From NCBI GenBank assembly GCA_002705485.1, contig PAGT01000008.1:1-37890 (forward strand): 37,890 nucleotides of DNA, written 5' to 3'. Under the pieces are notes generated by a model. That model was not told where the DNA came from and did not search any database. It was given only the letters and a program-made list of their open reading frames with translations. How positions within the stretch are numbered: position 1 is the first letter of the stretch; each line of letters starts with the position of its first letter. The DNA is from Flavobacteriales bacterium (lineage in GTDB: Bacteria; Bacteroidota; Bacteroidia; Flavobacteriales; Flavobacteriaceae). Position numbers and translations under genes: made by a program. Shown here in pieces: positions 1-9,169 of the stretch.

Positions 1-4
1 AATT

Positions 5-1159
5 ATGACTGATATCTCTGATTTTAGAATGGTTGCTAAAACTTTTTTTGGACTTGAAGATGTTCTGTCAACTGAATTACTAAAAATAGGTGCAAAAAAC
101 ATTCAAAAGGGTGTCAGAAATGTGAGCTTTACTGGAGATTTAGGTTTTTTGTATAAATGCAATTTATCATTAAGAACTGCAATTAAGATTTTAAAGCCTA
201 TAACAACATTCAAAATCAAGACAAACAGAGAATTGTATTCATCTTTTTATAATTTCCCTTGGGAAGATTATATTTCAATAAATAAAACTTTTTCAATTGA
301 ATCCGTTTTATTTTCAGATTTTTTCTCTCATTCTCTCTATTTTTCTCAAAAAGCCAAAGACGGTATAGTGGATCGATTTAGGAAATTATTCAAAAGTAGA
401 CCAAATATTGATTCTTTAAATCCTGAGATTAAATTGAATATTCATATGAGAGGAAAGGTTTGTACTGTTTCATTGGATTCATCAGGAAAACCCTTAAATC
501 AAAGAGGGTATAGGGTACAAACTAATATTGCTCCAATCAATGAGGTTTTAGCTGCAGGAATTATTCAGCTTAGTGAATGGAATTGTGATTCTGATTTACT
601 TGATCCCATGTGCGGAAGTGGAACTTTTTTGATTGAAGCTGCTATGATTGCTAAGAATTATCCTCCTAATTATAGTAGAAATAATTTTTTATTTCAAAAT
701 TGGAAAGATTTTGATGTAGAATTATTTGATTCAATAAAAAAATCTGTAACAGGAAAGATAAAAAAAATTAACTTTAAAATTTACGGATACGACAGATCTC
801 ATTCTACAGTAAAAAAAGCAGTTTTAAATATTAAGGAAGCTGGTTTCGAAAATTATATTTCCGTAAAAAAAGAAGATTTTTTTAACACAAAGAAGGATTT
901 TGATAAAAAGCTTTACTTGATTTTTAATCCTCCGTATGGGGAAAGGCTAACGGTTAATATTGAATCTTTTTACAAAAACATTGGCGATACATTAAAGAAA
1001 AATTATTCCAATTCAACTGCGAGCTTTATTACATCTAACCTTAAATCTTTAAAGTTTATTGGTCTTAAACATAAAAGAAAAATCAAGCTTTATAATGGAA
1101 AACTCGAAAGTCGGCTTGCCACTTATGAATTATATGAAGGATCTAAAAAAAAGAATTAA
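5..1159 (+). CDS. THUMP-domain class I SAM-dependent RNA methyltransferase (RlmL/RlmK N-terminal-type, UPF0020-like)
   Basis: 384-aa ORF. It has the SAM-binding motif DPMCGSGTFLIEA and the catalytic NPPYGERL (N/D-PPY) motif. The N-terminal region resembles a THUMP RNA-binding domain. ATG start at 5. Confidence 0.85.
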   Translation: MTDISDFRMVAKTFFGLEDVLSTELLKIGAKNIQKGVRNVSFTGDLGFLYKCNLSLRTAIKILKPITTFKIKTNRELYSSFYNFPWEDYISINKTFSIESVLFSDFFSHSLYFSQKAKDGIVDRFRKLFKSRPNIDSLNPEIKLNIHMRGKVCTVSLDSSGKPLNQRGYRVQTNIAPINEVLAAGIIQLSEWNCDSDLLDPMCGSGTFLIEAAMIAKNYPPNYSRNNFLFQNWKDFDVELFDSIKKSVTGKIKKINFKIYGYDRSHSTVKKAVLNIKEAGFENYISVKKEDFFNTKKDFDKKLYLIFNPPYGERLTVNIESFYKNIGDTLKKNYSNSTASFITSNLKSLKFIGLKHKRKIKLYNGKLESRLATYELYEGSKKKN

Positions 1160-1755
1160 TTTGATTTTTTTTTCTTTTTATAAATTGGAATTTGAAACTG
1201 GATTGTATAGTTTAAACCAACACCTACTTTGTTGTTTTCTAACACCTTATTGAACCCAGGGATATACAGGTTTCTAAAATTATTGGGTTCCTTTTGACTC
1301 AATAGTCTTTTTAACCTTAAGCTTAAACCCATATATGTGTTTCTAAAAACTTCCGCATTAAATCCAAAAATTAATTCAAACCATGTGCCAGTCAAACTTT
1401 TAAACAACTCTGTAGAATTGATTTCGTTTTGACTCCAATATTGATCCTTGTCGTATATTGTAAATGAATTTAGTTGATGTTCAAATTTGGATGAACCCAT
1501 CCTAAAACCTACATAAATTTCATTTTCTAAATCTTTAAAATTATTAAAAACGTTATAGTTTGCACCAACTTTTAAGAAAGATCCTTTTGTGTTAAAATTT
1601 AAAACTTCATTTTCAATTAACTTCTCCTCAGTCCCAATTTCAAAAGCTAAAAATAGTTTATCTAATAGTCTATAATCACCAACAACAACCAAACCTTTAT
1701 AGTCACTTTCTGTTAACATTCGAATTTGTTTTGACAGATCTATTCCAATTTTCAT
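1156..1755 (-). CDS. Hypothetical beta-strand-rich protein, probable outer-membrane barrel-like mature domain (I recall this as the Bacteroidota DUF6048-like family; unverified). As listed it lacks a signal peptide.
   Basis: 199-aa ORF with alternating hydrophobic/polar pattern, aromatic-rich C-terminal strands (LNYTIQFQIPIY) and a poly-Lys tail. There is no N-terminal signal peptide. An in-frame signal-peptide-coding segment lies just upstream, beyond a TAA (see 1786..1866). Confidence 0.6.
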   Translation of the reverse strand: MKIGIDLSKQIRMLTESDYKGLVVVGDYRLLDKLFLAFEIGTEEKLIENEVLNFNTKGSFLKVGANYNVFNNFKDLENEIYVGFRMGSSKFEHQLNSFTIYDKDQYWSQNEINSTELFKSLTGTWFELIFGFNAEVFRNTYMGLSLRLKRLLSQKEPNNFRNLYIPGFNKVLENNKVGVGLNYTIQFQIPIYKKKKKSN

Positions 1756-1785
1756 CCCATATGTTGATGTTGTAATTGTATCTTT

Positions 1786-1866
1786 TTATTTTTGAGAAAA
1801 AACGGATACTACATTAATCAAAATAAAAAAACTAATGATATATTTTAACATGAATATTTTCTTCAT
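1786..1866 (-). pseudogene. Orphaned 5' fragment encoding a signal peptide (MKKIFMLKYIISFFILINVVSVFSQK), ended by an in-frame TAA and in frame with the 1156..1755 ORF
   Basis: Hand translation of the minus strand gives ATG at 1866..1864 (second ATG at 1851..1849), then 26 codons, then TAA at 1788..1786. Ten sense codons (KDTITTSTYG) follow, then the ATG at 1755. The fragment has a positively charged N-terminus, a hydrophobic core and an FSQ-type end, like the other secreted proteins in this window. Confidence 0.5.
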
Positions 1867-2317
1867 CTTTTATGCTATAAGTAATGATCTCAGAGTCTAT
1901 AATCCAGTTTTCAATATCATTCTCGATTATTATATTATCAATATCATAATTTGTTATATAACCACAAGCCCTACTAATGTATATCCAGTTGGGATTGTAG
2001 TTGACAAACATTTTATCATTATTTCCAGAATCAACGTTGTCTTCCTCAAAGTTTTTGGTTAAATTAAAAGTCGTTAGGTTTTTATTGTTTATTAATGGTA
2101 TACCAATTGAATCTATTGTTTCGAAAATATAAATTTGATCATTATCTAGTCCTTGTATTTTTAGATTTTCAACTTCTTTTAAATTACCCGAATTTTTATC
2201 GTAAAAACCAATGAGAAGTTTCGGTGTGTCATCAATTTCTGATAAGCATATGTCATCTGGTTCACAGGCAAAGAGAAAGATTAAGATAGTCAGAAAAATA
2301 CTTTTTATTTTATACAA
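1832..2317 (-). CDS. Small lipoprotein of unknown function (I recall this as DUF6452-like; unverified)
   Basis: 161-aa ORF. The N-terminus MYKIKSIFLTILIFLFAC carries a lipobox-like LFAC followed by an acidic stretch. It lies 5 nt downstream of rlmD and immediately upstream of the barrel-like ORF. Confidence 0.7.
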   Translation of the reverse strand: MYKIKSIFLTILIFLFACEPDDICLSEIDDTPKLLIGFYDKNSGNLKEVENLKIQGLDNDQIYIFETIDSIGIPLINNKNLTTFNLTKNFEEDNVDSGNNDKMFVNYNPNWIYISRACGYITNYDIDNIIIENDIENWIIDSEIITYSIKDEENIHVKIYH

Positions 2318-2322
2318 TCAAC

Positions 2323-3723
2323 TTAAATTTTAAGTTTCAAAAGTACAACATTTTCGACATGATCTGTATGGGGAAACATATCAATAGGTTGAATTATTTT
2401 AATTTTATATTTATCCAAAAGTAAATCCAAATCTCTTTTTTGTGTTGATGGATTACAACTAACATAGATAATTTGTTTTGGCATGATTTTTAAGAGCTGA
2501 AAGACTACACTTTTATGCATTCCATCTCTAGGTGGATCAGTAATTACTAAATCAGGTTTCCCGTATTTGTTGAATAATTCATCATCTAATATATTTCTCA
2601 TATCACCAACAATGAATTCAATATTTTTAATATTATTAAGATTTGAGCTATCTTTTGCTGAGATCACAGCATCATTTACGCTCTCAATACCAATAACTTT
2701 TTTTGAATCATGAGCAATAAACTGTGAAATTGTTCCCAAACCACAGTATAAATCATAGACTAACTCATTACCATTGAGATTTGCAAATTTCTTTACAACT
2801 TCATAAAGTTTTATAGTCTGATCAATATTGGTTTGAAAAAAAGATTTTGGATAAATCCTGAATTTTAGATTGCTTATTTTTTCTTCAATGTATTCTTTTC
2901 CGCTAAAAATTACAACATCTTGGTCATATATAGAGTCATTTAGTTTTTTATTAATTATGTAACCTAGAGATTTTATTTCAATAAAAGAATTTTTCAAAAA
3001 ATTCATTACAAGGTTAATAGTGGTTTTATCATTTGTACAGAACTGAATAATAACCATAAATTCTCCCTTGGAATTATTTCTAATCATCATTGTTCTCAAA
3101 GATCCACGATTCAGTTTAGGATTGTAAAACGATATTTCATTTTTTATTGCAAAACTTTTAAGATATGTTCTGATTTTATTTGATGGATCGGATTGTAAAA
3201 AACATTCTTGAATGTCTACAACTTTGTTCCACATTCCTGACAGGTGAAAACCAACTCCTCTTCTGTCTTTGATTGATTTGTCACCTTTAATTTCATCCTC
3301 TGTTAGCCATCTGTTATGTGTAAATGAAAATTCTACTTTATTTCTGTAATAGAATTGATTCTCAGACTTTATAATCTTATTAACCTTATTGTCCAAATTG
3401 TAATCATTGAATAAATGCTTTATTTTGTTTTCTTTGAATTTAACTTGTTCATTGTAGCTAATGTTCTGCCATTTACAACCTCCGCAAACACCAAAATGAG
3501 TACATTTTGGTTGAACTCTTTTATCAGAGTATTTGTGAAATTTTTCAATTTTTCCTAAAAAAAATTTTTTTCTTTTTTTGTAGGTTTTTACATCTATTAT
3601 ATCGCCAGGAACTCCATTTTTAACAATTATGACTTTTCCCTCAGGATTTTTACATATTGAATTTCCCTTTGAACCAACATCAATTATTTCTATCTTCTCA
3701 AAAGATAACTTGTCACTTTTCAT
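2323..3723 (-). CDS. rlmD: 23S rRNA (uracil-C5)-methyltransferase RlmD/RumA family
   Basis: 466 aa. It has an N-terminal TRAM-like domain, the Fe-S cysteine cluster CTHFGVCGGCKWQ, a SAM-binding region (DLYCGLGT) and the catalytic YVSCNPST motif. Confidence 0.9.
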   Translation of the reverse strand: MKSDKLSFEKIEIIDVGSKGNSICKNPEGKVIIVKNGVPGDIIDVKTYKKRKKFFLGKIEKFHKYSDKRVQPKCTHFGVCGGCKWQNISYNEQVKFKENKIKHLFNDYNLDNKVNKIIKSENQFYYRNKVEFSFTHNRWLTEDEIKGDKSIKDRRGVGFHLSGMWNKVVDIQECFLQSDPSNKIRTYLKSFAIKNEISFYNPKLNRGSLRTMMIRNNSKGEFMVIIQFCTNDKTTINLVMNFLKNSFIEIKSLGYIINKKLNDSIYDQDVVIFSGKEYIEEKISNLKFRIYPKSFFQTNIDQTIKLYEVVKKFANLNGNELVYDLYCGLGTISQFIAHDSKKVIGIESVNDAVISAKDSSNLNNIKNIEFIVGDMRNILDDELFNKYGKPDLVITDPPRDGMHKSVVFQLLKIMPKQIIYVSCNPSTQKRDLDLLLDKYKIKIIQPIDMFPHTDHVENVVLLKLKI

Positions 3724-3790
3724 AATATGTAATTGTATTGATATTAAGAGATTATTAATTATATTTATTAGTCATCAAATTATTTAACTT

Positions 3791-6700
3791 ATGAAAATTT
3801 TATTTAAGACTATTTCCTCAATTTTTTTTATAGTTTTTTTTACTTTATCAATTTATTCACAAAAGAACAAAGAAAATTTTAAAGATGAATCATCTCTTTA
3901 TTCTGGCCTTAAGTTTAGAAGTATTGGACCAGCCTTCATGTCCGGAAGAATTGCTGATATTGCAATTAATCCATCCAATGAGAACGAATGGTATGTGGCC
4001 GTCGGATCAGGAGGTGTTTGGAAAACAACAAATTCTGGAACCACATGGAAACCAATTGCTGATAATATGCCATTTTACTCAACAGGATGTATTGCTGTTG
4101 ACCCAAATAATAATAGTACAATTTGGTTAGGTACAGGAGAGAATGTTGGTGGCAGACACGTAGGAATTGGTAAGGGAGTTTATGTTTCTTATAATGGTGG
4201 AGATACATGGGAAAATAAAGGTTTAAAAAGCTCAGAACATATTTCTAAAATTTTCGTAAGAAGTGATGACTCCAATACATTATTTGTTGCTTCTCAAGGA
4301 CCGCTCTGGTCCTCTGGAGGTGAACGAGGATTGTACAAATCTAGTAATGGGGGAAAGGATTGGAAATTAGTGCTCTCAGGAAATAAATGGACTGGGGTCA
4401 CTGATGTTGTTGTCGATTCTAGAAATGAAGATGTTATGTATGCAGCTACATGGCAAAGACATAGAAATGTTGCTGCCTATATTGGTGGAGGGCCTGGAAC
4501 TAAAATTTTTAAAAGTATCGACGGAGGTGAAAATTGGAAACAATTAAAGGTTGGCTTACCCTCTGGAAAAATGGGAAAAATCGGTTTAGCTATCTCTCCA
4601 ATCAACCCAGATATTTTATATGCAGCTATTGAACTTGATAGAAGAAAAGGAGCTGTTTATAGATCAGCTAACGGTGGAGAAAGTTGGAAAAAAATGTCTG
4701 ATACAGTTTCTGGTGCAACTGGACCACATTACTATCAAGAGTTGGTGGCTTCTCCACATAAATTAGATAAAATATATCTAATGGATGTAAGAGTTCAAGT
4801 TTCTGAGGACGGAGGAAAAACATTTTATCGAATGAATGAGTCCAATAAACACTCTGACAACCATTCAATGACGTTCAAGAAAAATGATCCAAATTATTTA
4901 TTGGTTGGAACAGATGGTGGGATATATGAATCTTTTGACAACACTAATTCATGGAAATTTGTAAATAACCTTCCATTAACTCAGTATTATAAGTTAGCAG
5001 TTGATGATGCATATCCCTTCTACAATATATACGGAGGAACTCAAGATAACAGTACTCAGGGTGGTCCAAGCAGAACTCTTAAAACAGGAGGAATTCAAAA
5101 TAGTGATTGGCACATTATTCTGGGTGGAGATGGTCATCAGCCTGCTACAGAACCAGGTAATCCAGATATTGTTTATGCTCAATCTCAACAAGGTAATTTA
5201 CATAGAATTGATATGACAACAGGTGAGGCTGTTTTTATAAAGCCATATTCTGATCTAGATGAAGATTATGAAAGATTTAACTGGGATTCACCAATTTTGG
5301 TAAGTTCACATGATCCCAAGCGTTTATATTTTGGATCACAACGTGTCTGGCGATCCGATGATAGAGGTGATAGCTGGAAACCACTTTCTGAAGATTTGAC
5401 ATTAAATCAAGAAAGACTGTCACTTCCCATAATGGGTAGAGTACAAAGTTGGGATTCATCTTGGGATTTGTATGCAATGTCAACTTACAACACTATTACA
5501 TCATTGTCTGAATCTCCAGTAAATGAAAATCATTTGTATGTAGGTACTGACGATGGATTAATTCATTTCACAAAGGATGGTGGTTTAAACTGGACAACTC
5601 AAACTGCTGACAAACTTAACCTGCCTAAAAGTTCGTTTATTAATGATATAAAAGCAGATTTACACGATATAAATAAAGCATATGTTGCTTTAGATAATCA
5701 TAAGTTTGGAGACTACAAACCTTATTTATTTAAAACTGAAAATGGAGGTAAGTCTTGGAAATCAATAACAAATGGTTTGCCGGAAGAAACTTTAATTTGG
5801 AGAATAGTTCAGGATCATATTGATCCAAATCTTCTATTCCTAGCTACTGAATATGGGTTATATTTCTCAAACAATCAAGGTGATAATTGGATAAAGTTCT
5901 CTGCAGGTTTACCAACTATTTCAATTAGAGATCTAGCTATACAAAAAAGAGAAAATGACCTAGTATTAGCAACTTTTGGTCGTAGTTTTTACGTTTTGGA
6001 TGACTATTCAGCATTACGCAGTCTTAATTCCGAAAATAGTAAGGAGTTTATGCTTTTTGATATTAAAGAAGCTCTTCAATACACTCCAATCAGATCGAGC
6101 TCAGGGAGCAAAGGAACATCATTCTTTAAATCTGAAAACCCACCATATGGAGCAATATTCACATATAATTTACCAAAATCATATGAAACTCTCAAATCTG
6201 AAAGAATGAAAAAAGAAGCAAAATTGGATAAAGAAAATAAAGATATACCATTTCCGGGTTGGGATAAATTAGATGCAGAATTAAACGAAAAGCCTACAAA
6301 AATTGTATTAGAGATTAGAGATGAAAAAGGTGATTTTGTTGATAGAATAACAGGATCAAATAAAAAAGGATTAAACAGAGTTGCGTGGTCATTAAATAAG
6401 CCGATAGTCACAACAATTAGGACTGATAATTCTTTTGGTGGTTACCGACTTTCAGTTCCGGTTAGCCCTGGTGTTTACAGTGCTACTCTAATGGAATATA
6501 AAGAAGGTAAGTACAGCGCGTTAGCTGAATCGAAGAATTTCAATGTTAAAAGAATAAGAGAAGGTGTTTTAAAAAATCCTAATGAAAGTAAAAAAGAAAG
6601 CTTGATTCAAGATTTTGTAGAATTTGATGTTGATTACAATAAACTCAATCTAAAATTTGATAAAGCCAAAAAGAAGCTATCCAAATTCGACAACGCAATT

Positions 6701-7030
6701 AGGTATGTAGACCCTGTAAACTCAAAGATTAGTGAAAATATTAAATCACTAAATATTCAAATGAACAAATTGAATGCTATGATGAAAGGAAATAAATCTA
6801 AGACAGAACCTGGGGAAAAAGATGATCCGTCAATTTATGATAGGGTTTCCATTTCAATGAGAGGTTTCTACGGAAACACATATGGTCCAACAAAAGATCA
6901 ATTAAAAAGCTTTGAGATTGCTAAAAGACAATGGATGCGGATTAAGCCAGTTATTGAAATGTTTGTAAAAAATGTTGATGAAACTGGTGTTTTGATTGAA
7001 AAAATGGGATCTCCAAAAATTATTGATTAA
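3791..7030 (+). CDS. Secreted BNR/Asp-box repeat protein, sortilin/VPS10-like double beta-propeller with a C-terminal extension
   Basis: 1079 aa with signal peptide ...FFTLSIYSQK. There are at least nine SxDxGxxW-type Asp-box repeats: SYNGGDTW, SSNGGKDW, SIDGGENW, SANGGESW, SEDGGKTF, SDDRGDSW, TKDGGLNW, TENGGKSW, SNNQGDNW. The C-terminal ~300 aa is Lys/Glu-rich and partly coiled-coil-like. Confidence 0.85.
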   Translation: MKILFKTISSIFFIVFFTLSIYSQKNKENFKDESSLYSGLKFRSIGPAFMSGRIADIAINPSNENEWYVAVGSGGVWKTTNSGTTWKPIADNMPFYSTGCIAVDPNNNSTIWLGTGENVGGRHVGIGKGVYVSYNGGDTWENKGLKSSEHISKIFVRSDDSNTLFVASQGPLWSSGGERGLYKSSNGGKDWKLVLSGNKWTGVTDVVVDSRNEDVMYAATWQRHRNVAAYIGGGPGTKIFKSIDGGENWKQLKVGLPSGKMGKIGLAISPINPDILYAAIELDRRKGAVYRSANGGESWKKMSDTVSGATGPHYYQELVASPHKLDKIYLMDVRVQVSEDGGKTFYRMNESNKHSDNHSMTFKKNDPNYLLVGTDGGIYESFDNTNSWKFVNNLPLTQYYKLAVDDAYPFYNIYGGTQDNSTQGGPSRTLKTGGIQNSDWHIILGGDGHQPATEPGNPDIVYAQSQQGNLHRIDMTTGEAVFIKPYSDLDEDYERFNWDSPILVSSHDPKRLYFGSQRVWRSDDRGDSWKPLSEDLTLNQERLSLPIMGRVQSWDSSWDLYAMSTYNTITSLSESPVNENHLYVGTDDGLIHFTKDGGLNWTTQTADKLNLPKSSFINDIKADLHDINKAYVALDNHKFGDYKPYLFKTENGGKSWKSITNGLPEETLIWRIVQDHIDPNLLFLATEYGLYFSNNQGDNWIKFSAGLPTISIRDLAIQKRENDLVLATFGRSFYVLDDYSALRSLNSENSKEFMLFDIKEALQYTPIRSSSGSKGTSFFKSENPPYGAIFTYNLPKSYETLKSERMKKEAKLDKENKDIPFPGWDKLDAELNEKPTKIVLEIRDEKGDFVDRITGSNKKGLNRVAWSLNKPIVTTIRTDNSFGGYRLSVPVSPGVYSATLMEYKEGKYSALAESKNFNVKRIREGVLKNPNESKKESLIQDFVEFDVDYNKLNLKFDKAKKKLSKFDNAIRYVDPVNSKISENIKSLNIQMNKLNAMMKGNKSKTEPGEKDDPSIYDRVSISMRGFYGNTYGPTKDQLKSFEIAKRQWMRIKPVIEMFVKNVDETGVLIEKMGSPKIID

Positions 7031-8075
7031 CCTTATAGTTAATTAATAAGTTTACAACCGAATTATAGGATTGAATACCCTCTTTTTGATTGTTAATTTT
7101 TAAAAAAGAGTCATAAAATTTTTTAAATAGTGGTTCGAATGGATTTTTATATCTGTTAATTTGTTTTGATGCTTCTGCTATGTTTTTTTTAACTCCAGTG
7201 TTGAGCTCTTTAACTATATTCTTATGATACTCTCTGTTCTGTCTAAAAAGCTCATTTAATAAATAACGTAATGCCTGTACATGTCCACAATATGCTATGA
7301 AATCATTTTGGGATTCTATGCAAGATAATATCCCAACGAAATTGGCTTCATTTTCAGCTGCATAACCTAATTGGTGAGCAATCTCGTGAGATATGGTTGT
7401 CGGCAGGTATAACATTGGTGTATTCTTATTTATTTGCGCTTCCAGTGTAAAAGGGTTAATGTAGCCGCTAAATCCCATATAAGAGTTAATAGTACTAAAA
7501 AGGGAGTTTTTAATATTCTTTGGAATATTATTATGATTTATTAGTTCAATATTTTTCATTGATTTTATCGTTTCATTTTCAATAAGTTTTCTGCTATAAT
7601 TTAAATCGACTCCAATACTATCACTGGGTGAAAGTTTATTATGAAGGTAATTAGTTTGATAAATAATTTTTTTGGTTTTTTTCTCAAGAGAAATCAAGCT
7701 GTAGCTTTTGGTCAATGACAATTTTTCATATAAGTCTATTCGGTGGTAATTTAATCCCCATTGAATTTGAAAAATTAAATAGCTATAGAATAAAAATTTT
7801 CCAATAATTAACAAGTTCTTACGCCTGGTGTTCATTTTTTTTATTCTCGTTAGTACAAGTATTGGTATTATTAGGTATAATAAATCCCCAATGGAAAAGT
7901 TGATTTTTCCCAACAACAGCTCTGAAAAATAATTAGCATGAACAAAATAAAAATTGTGATAATAGTCTTCAATGAAAACAGGATTGTTTTCAAAAACCTT
8001 AACAACAGCAAATATAATTAACCCAAAAACAAAAATATATTCTTTAAAAAAAAATGATATTAATTTTTTGGGCAT
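7020..8075 (-). CDS. Membrane-anchored HExxH putative zinc metallopeptidase-like protein (recalled as DUF3810 family)
   Basis: 351 aa with N-terminal transmembrane segments and the HExxH motif SHEIAHQLGY, followed by ENEANF. Its 3' end overlaps the convergent BNR gene by 11 nt. Confidence 0.7.
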   Translation of the reverse strand: MPKKLISFFFKEYIFVFGLIIFAVVKVFENNPVFIEDYYHNFYFVHANYFSELLLGKINFSIGDLLYLIIPILVLTRIKKMNTRRKNLLIIGKFLFYSYLIFQIQWGLNYHRIDLYEKLSLTKSYSLISLEKKTKKIIYQTNYLHNKLSPSDSIGVDLNYSRKLIENETIKSMKNIELINHNNIPKNIKNSLFSTINSYMGFSGYINPFTLEAQINKNTPMLYLPTTISHEIAHQLGYAAENEANFVGILSCIESQNDFIAYCGHVQALRYLLNELFRQNREYHKNIVKELNTGVKKNIAEASKQINRYKNPFEPLFKKFYDSFLKINNQKEGIQSYNSVVNLLINYKVNQ

Positions 8076-8083
8076 GATTAGTT

Positions 8084-9169
8084 TTACTTCATCTCAACTA
8101 TCTCGACTTCAAATATTAAGTCAGATTTTGGAGGGATTGCATTTCCCCTCCCTGTTTCTCCGTAAGCCAAATAATATGGGATAAATAAAGTTGCTTTATC
8201 ACCAATGCTTAGTAAGCTTAAACCTTCTTTAAAACCTGGAATCATTGGGTCTTCAGGGCCAATTCTACATTCCAGCGGACTATATCCACCTGATTGCTTT
8301 CGTCTAACATTTACAGAGTCATATTCTTCAGCGACTTCAAATATACTTGTATCTAACAGCGATCCATCATTGAAATAAACAGCATAGTGAGCCATTATTG
8401 TTCTTTTTGGATCAACTTTTTCACCCATAGAATTATTTGTTTTAAAATACTTTAAGCCTGAATCAGTTTGGGTTGCATCAATTTTAATTTTTTCGTGTTG
8501 TTTCAGTTTAGATAACTTTAGTTCTGTGATTTTTTTCTGTTTTCTTTCCTCTTCTTTTTCATCATCTTTGAAATGATTAGCAAACACTTTTGATGCTTTG
8601 AAAGATTTTGCTTCTCTCCCAACTCTAACAATCGAAATATTTTTAATTGTGTCATTTTGTTCAATTAAATTTACAACATCCATTCCCTCAATTACTTTGC
8701 CAAATACCGAATGAACTCCATCTAGCCAAGGGGTTTCTTTGTGAGTAATAAAAAACTGACTTCCATTAGTTTTGGGACCTGCATTGGCCATTGATAAAAT
8801 ACCAGGTCCGTCATGTTTTAATTTTTCATCGAACTCATCTTTAAATTTATAACCTGGCCCTCCTTGTCCTGTTCCTTGTGGATCACCACCTTGAATCATA
8901 AAATTTTCAATTACTCTGTGAAAAACCAGACCATCATAATATTTCTTTTTCTTAAACTCTTGACTAACGCTTTTGTTAGTTCCCTCAGATAATGAGACGA
9001 AGTTTCCCACAGTTACCGGAGTTTCTTCATAGGTTAGTTTTAGCAATATTTCACCTTTATTTGTTAGCATTTTTGCATATAATCCATCAGGTAATTCAGA
9101 TTGGGAGCTTCCACAGGATATAAAAAACAACACTGTAAAACATAGAGTCACAATTAATTTATTTTTCAT
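8084..9169 (-). CDS. Dual-domain peptidyl-prolyl cis-trans isomerase lipoprotein (cyclophilin-type N-terminal domain fused to FKBP-type C-terminal domain)
   Basis: 361 aa with lipobox FFISC. Cyclophilin motifs are [15 protein letters not shown] and [22 protein letters not shown]-rich linker follows. The FKBP-like C-terminus reads [18 protein letters not shown]...[15 protein letters not shown]. Confidence 0.9.
   Translation of the reverse strand: MKNKLIVTLCFTVLFFISCGSSQSELPDGLYAKMLTNKGEILLKLTYEETPVTVGNFVSLSEGTNKSVSQEFKKKKYYDGLVFHRVIENFMIQGGDPQGTGQGGPGYKFKDEFDEKLKHDGPGILSMANAGPKTNGSQFFITHKETPWLDGVHSVFGKVIEGMDVVNLIEQNDTIKNISIVRVGREAKSFKASKVFANHFKDDEKEEERKQKKITELKLSKLKQHEKIKIDATQTDSGLKYFKTNNSMGEKVDPKRTIMAHYAVYFNDGSLLDTSIFEVAEEYDSVNVRRKQSGGYSPLECRIGPEDPMIPGFKEGLSLLSIGDKATLFIPYYLAYGETGRGNAIPPKSDLIFEVEIVEMK

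Noticed and set aside
1786-1788. Stop-codon reassignment or programmed readthrough as the explanation for the in-frame TAA.
   Set aside because: TAA is the functional terminator of many intact genes in this window. TAA followed by A is not a known leaky context, and no downstream structure is apparent. A simple AAA-to-TAA nonsense change or a sequencing error is more parsimonious.
6076-6411. A 111-aa antisense ORF inside the C-terminal part of the BNR protein gene. There are similar ones at 35201..35521, 18626..18937 and 10729..11028.
   Set aside because: Same explanation: these are shadow frames opposite Lys/Glu-rich coding sequence, with no independent signals.
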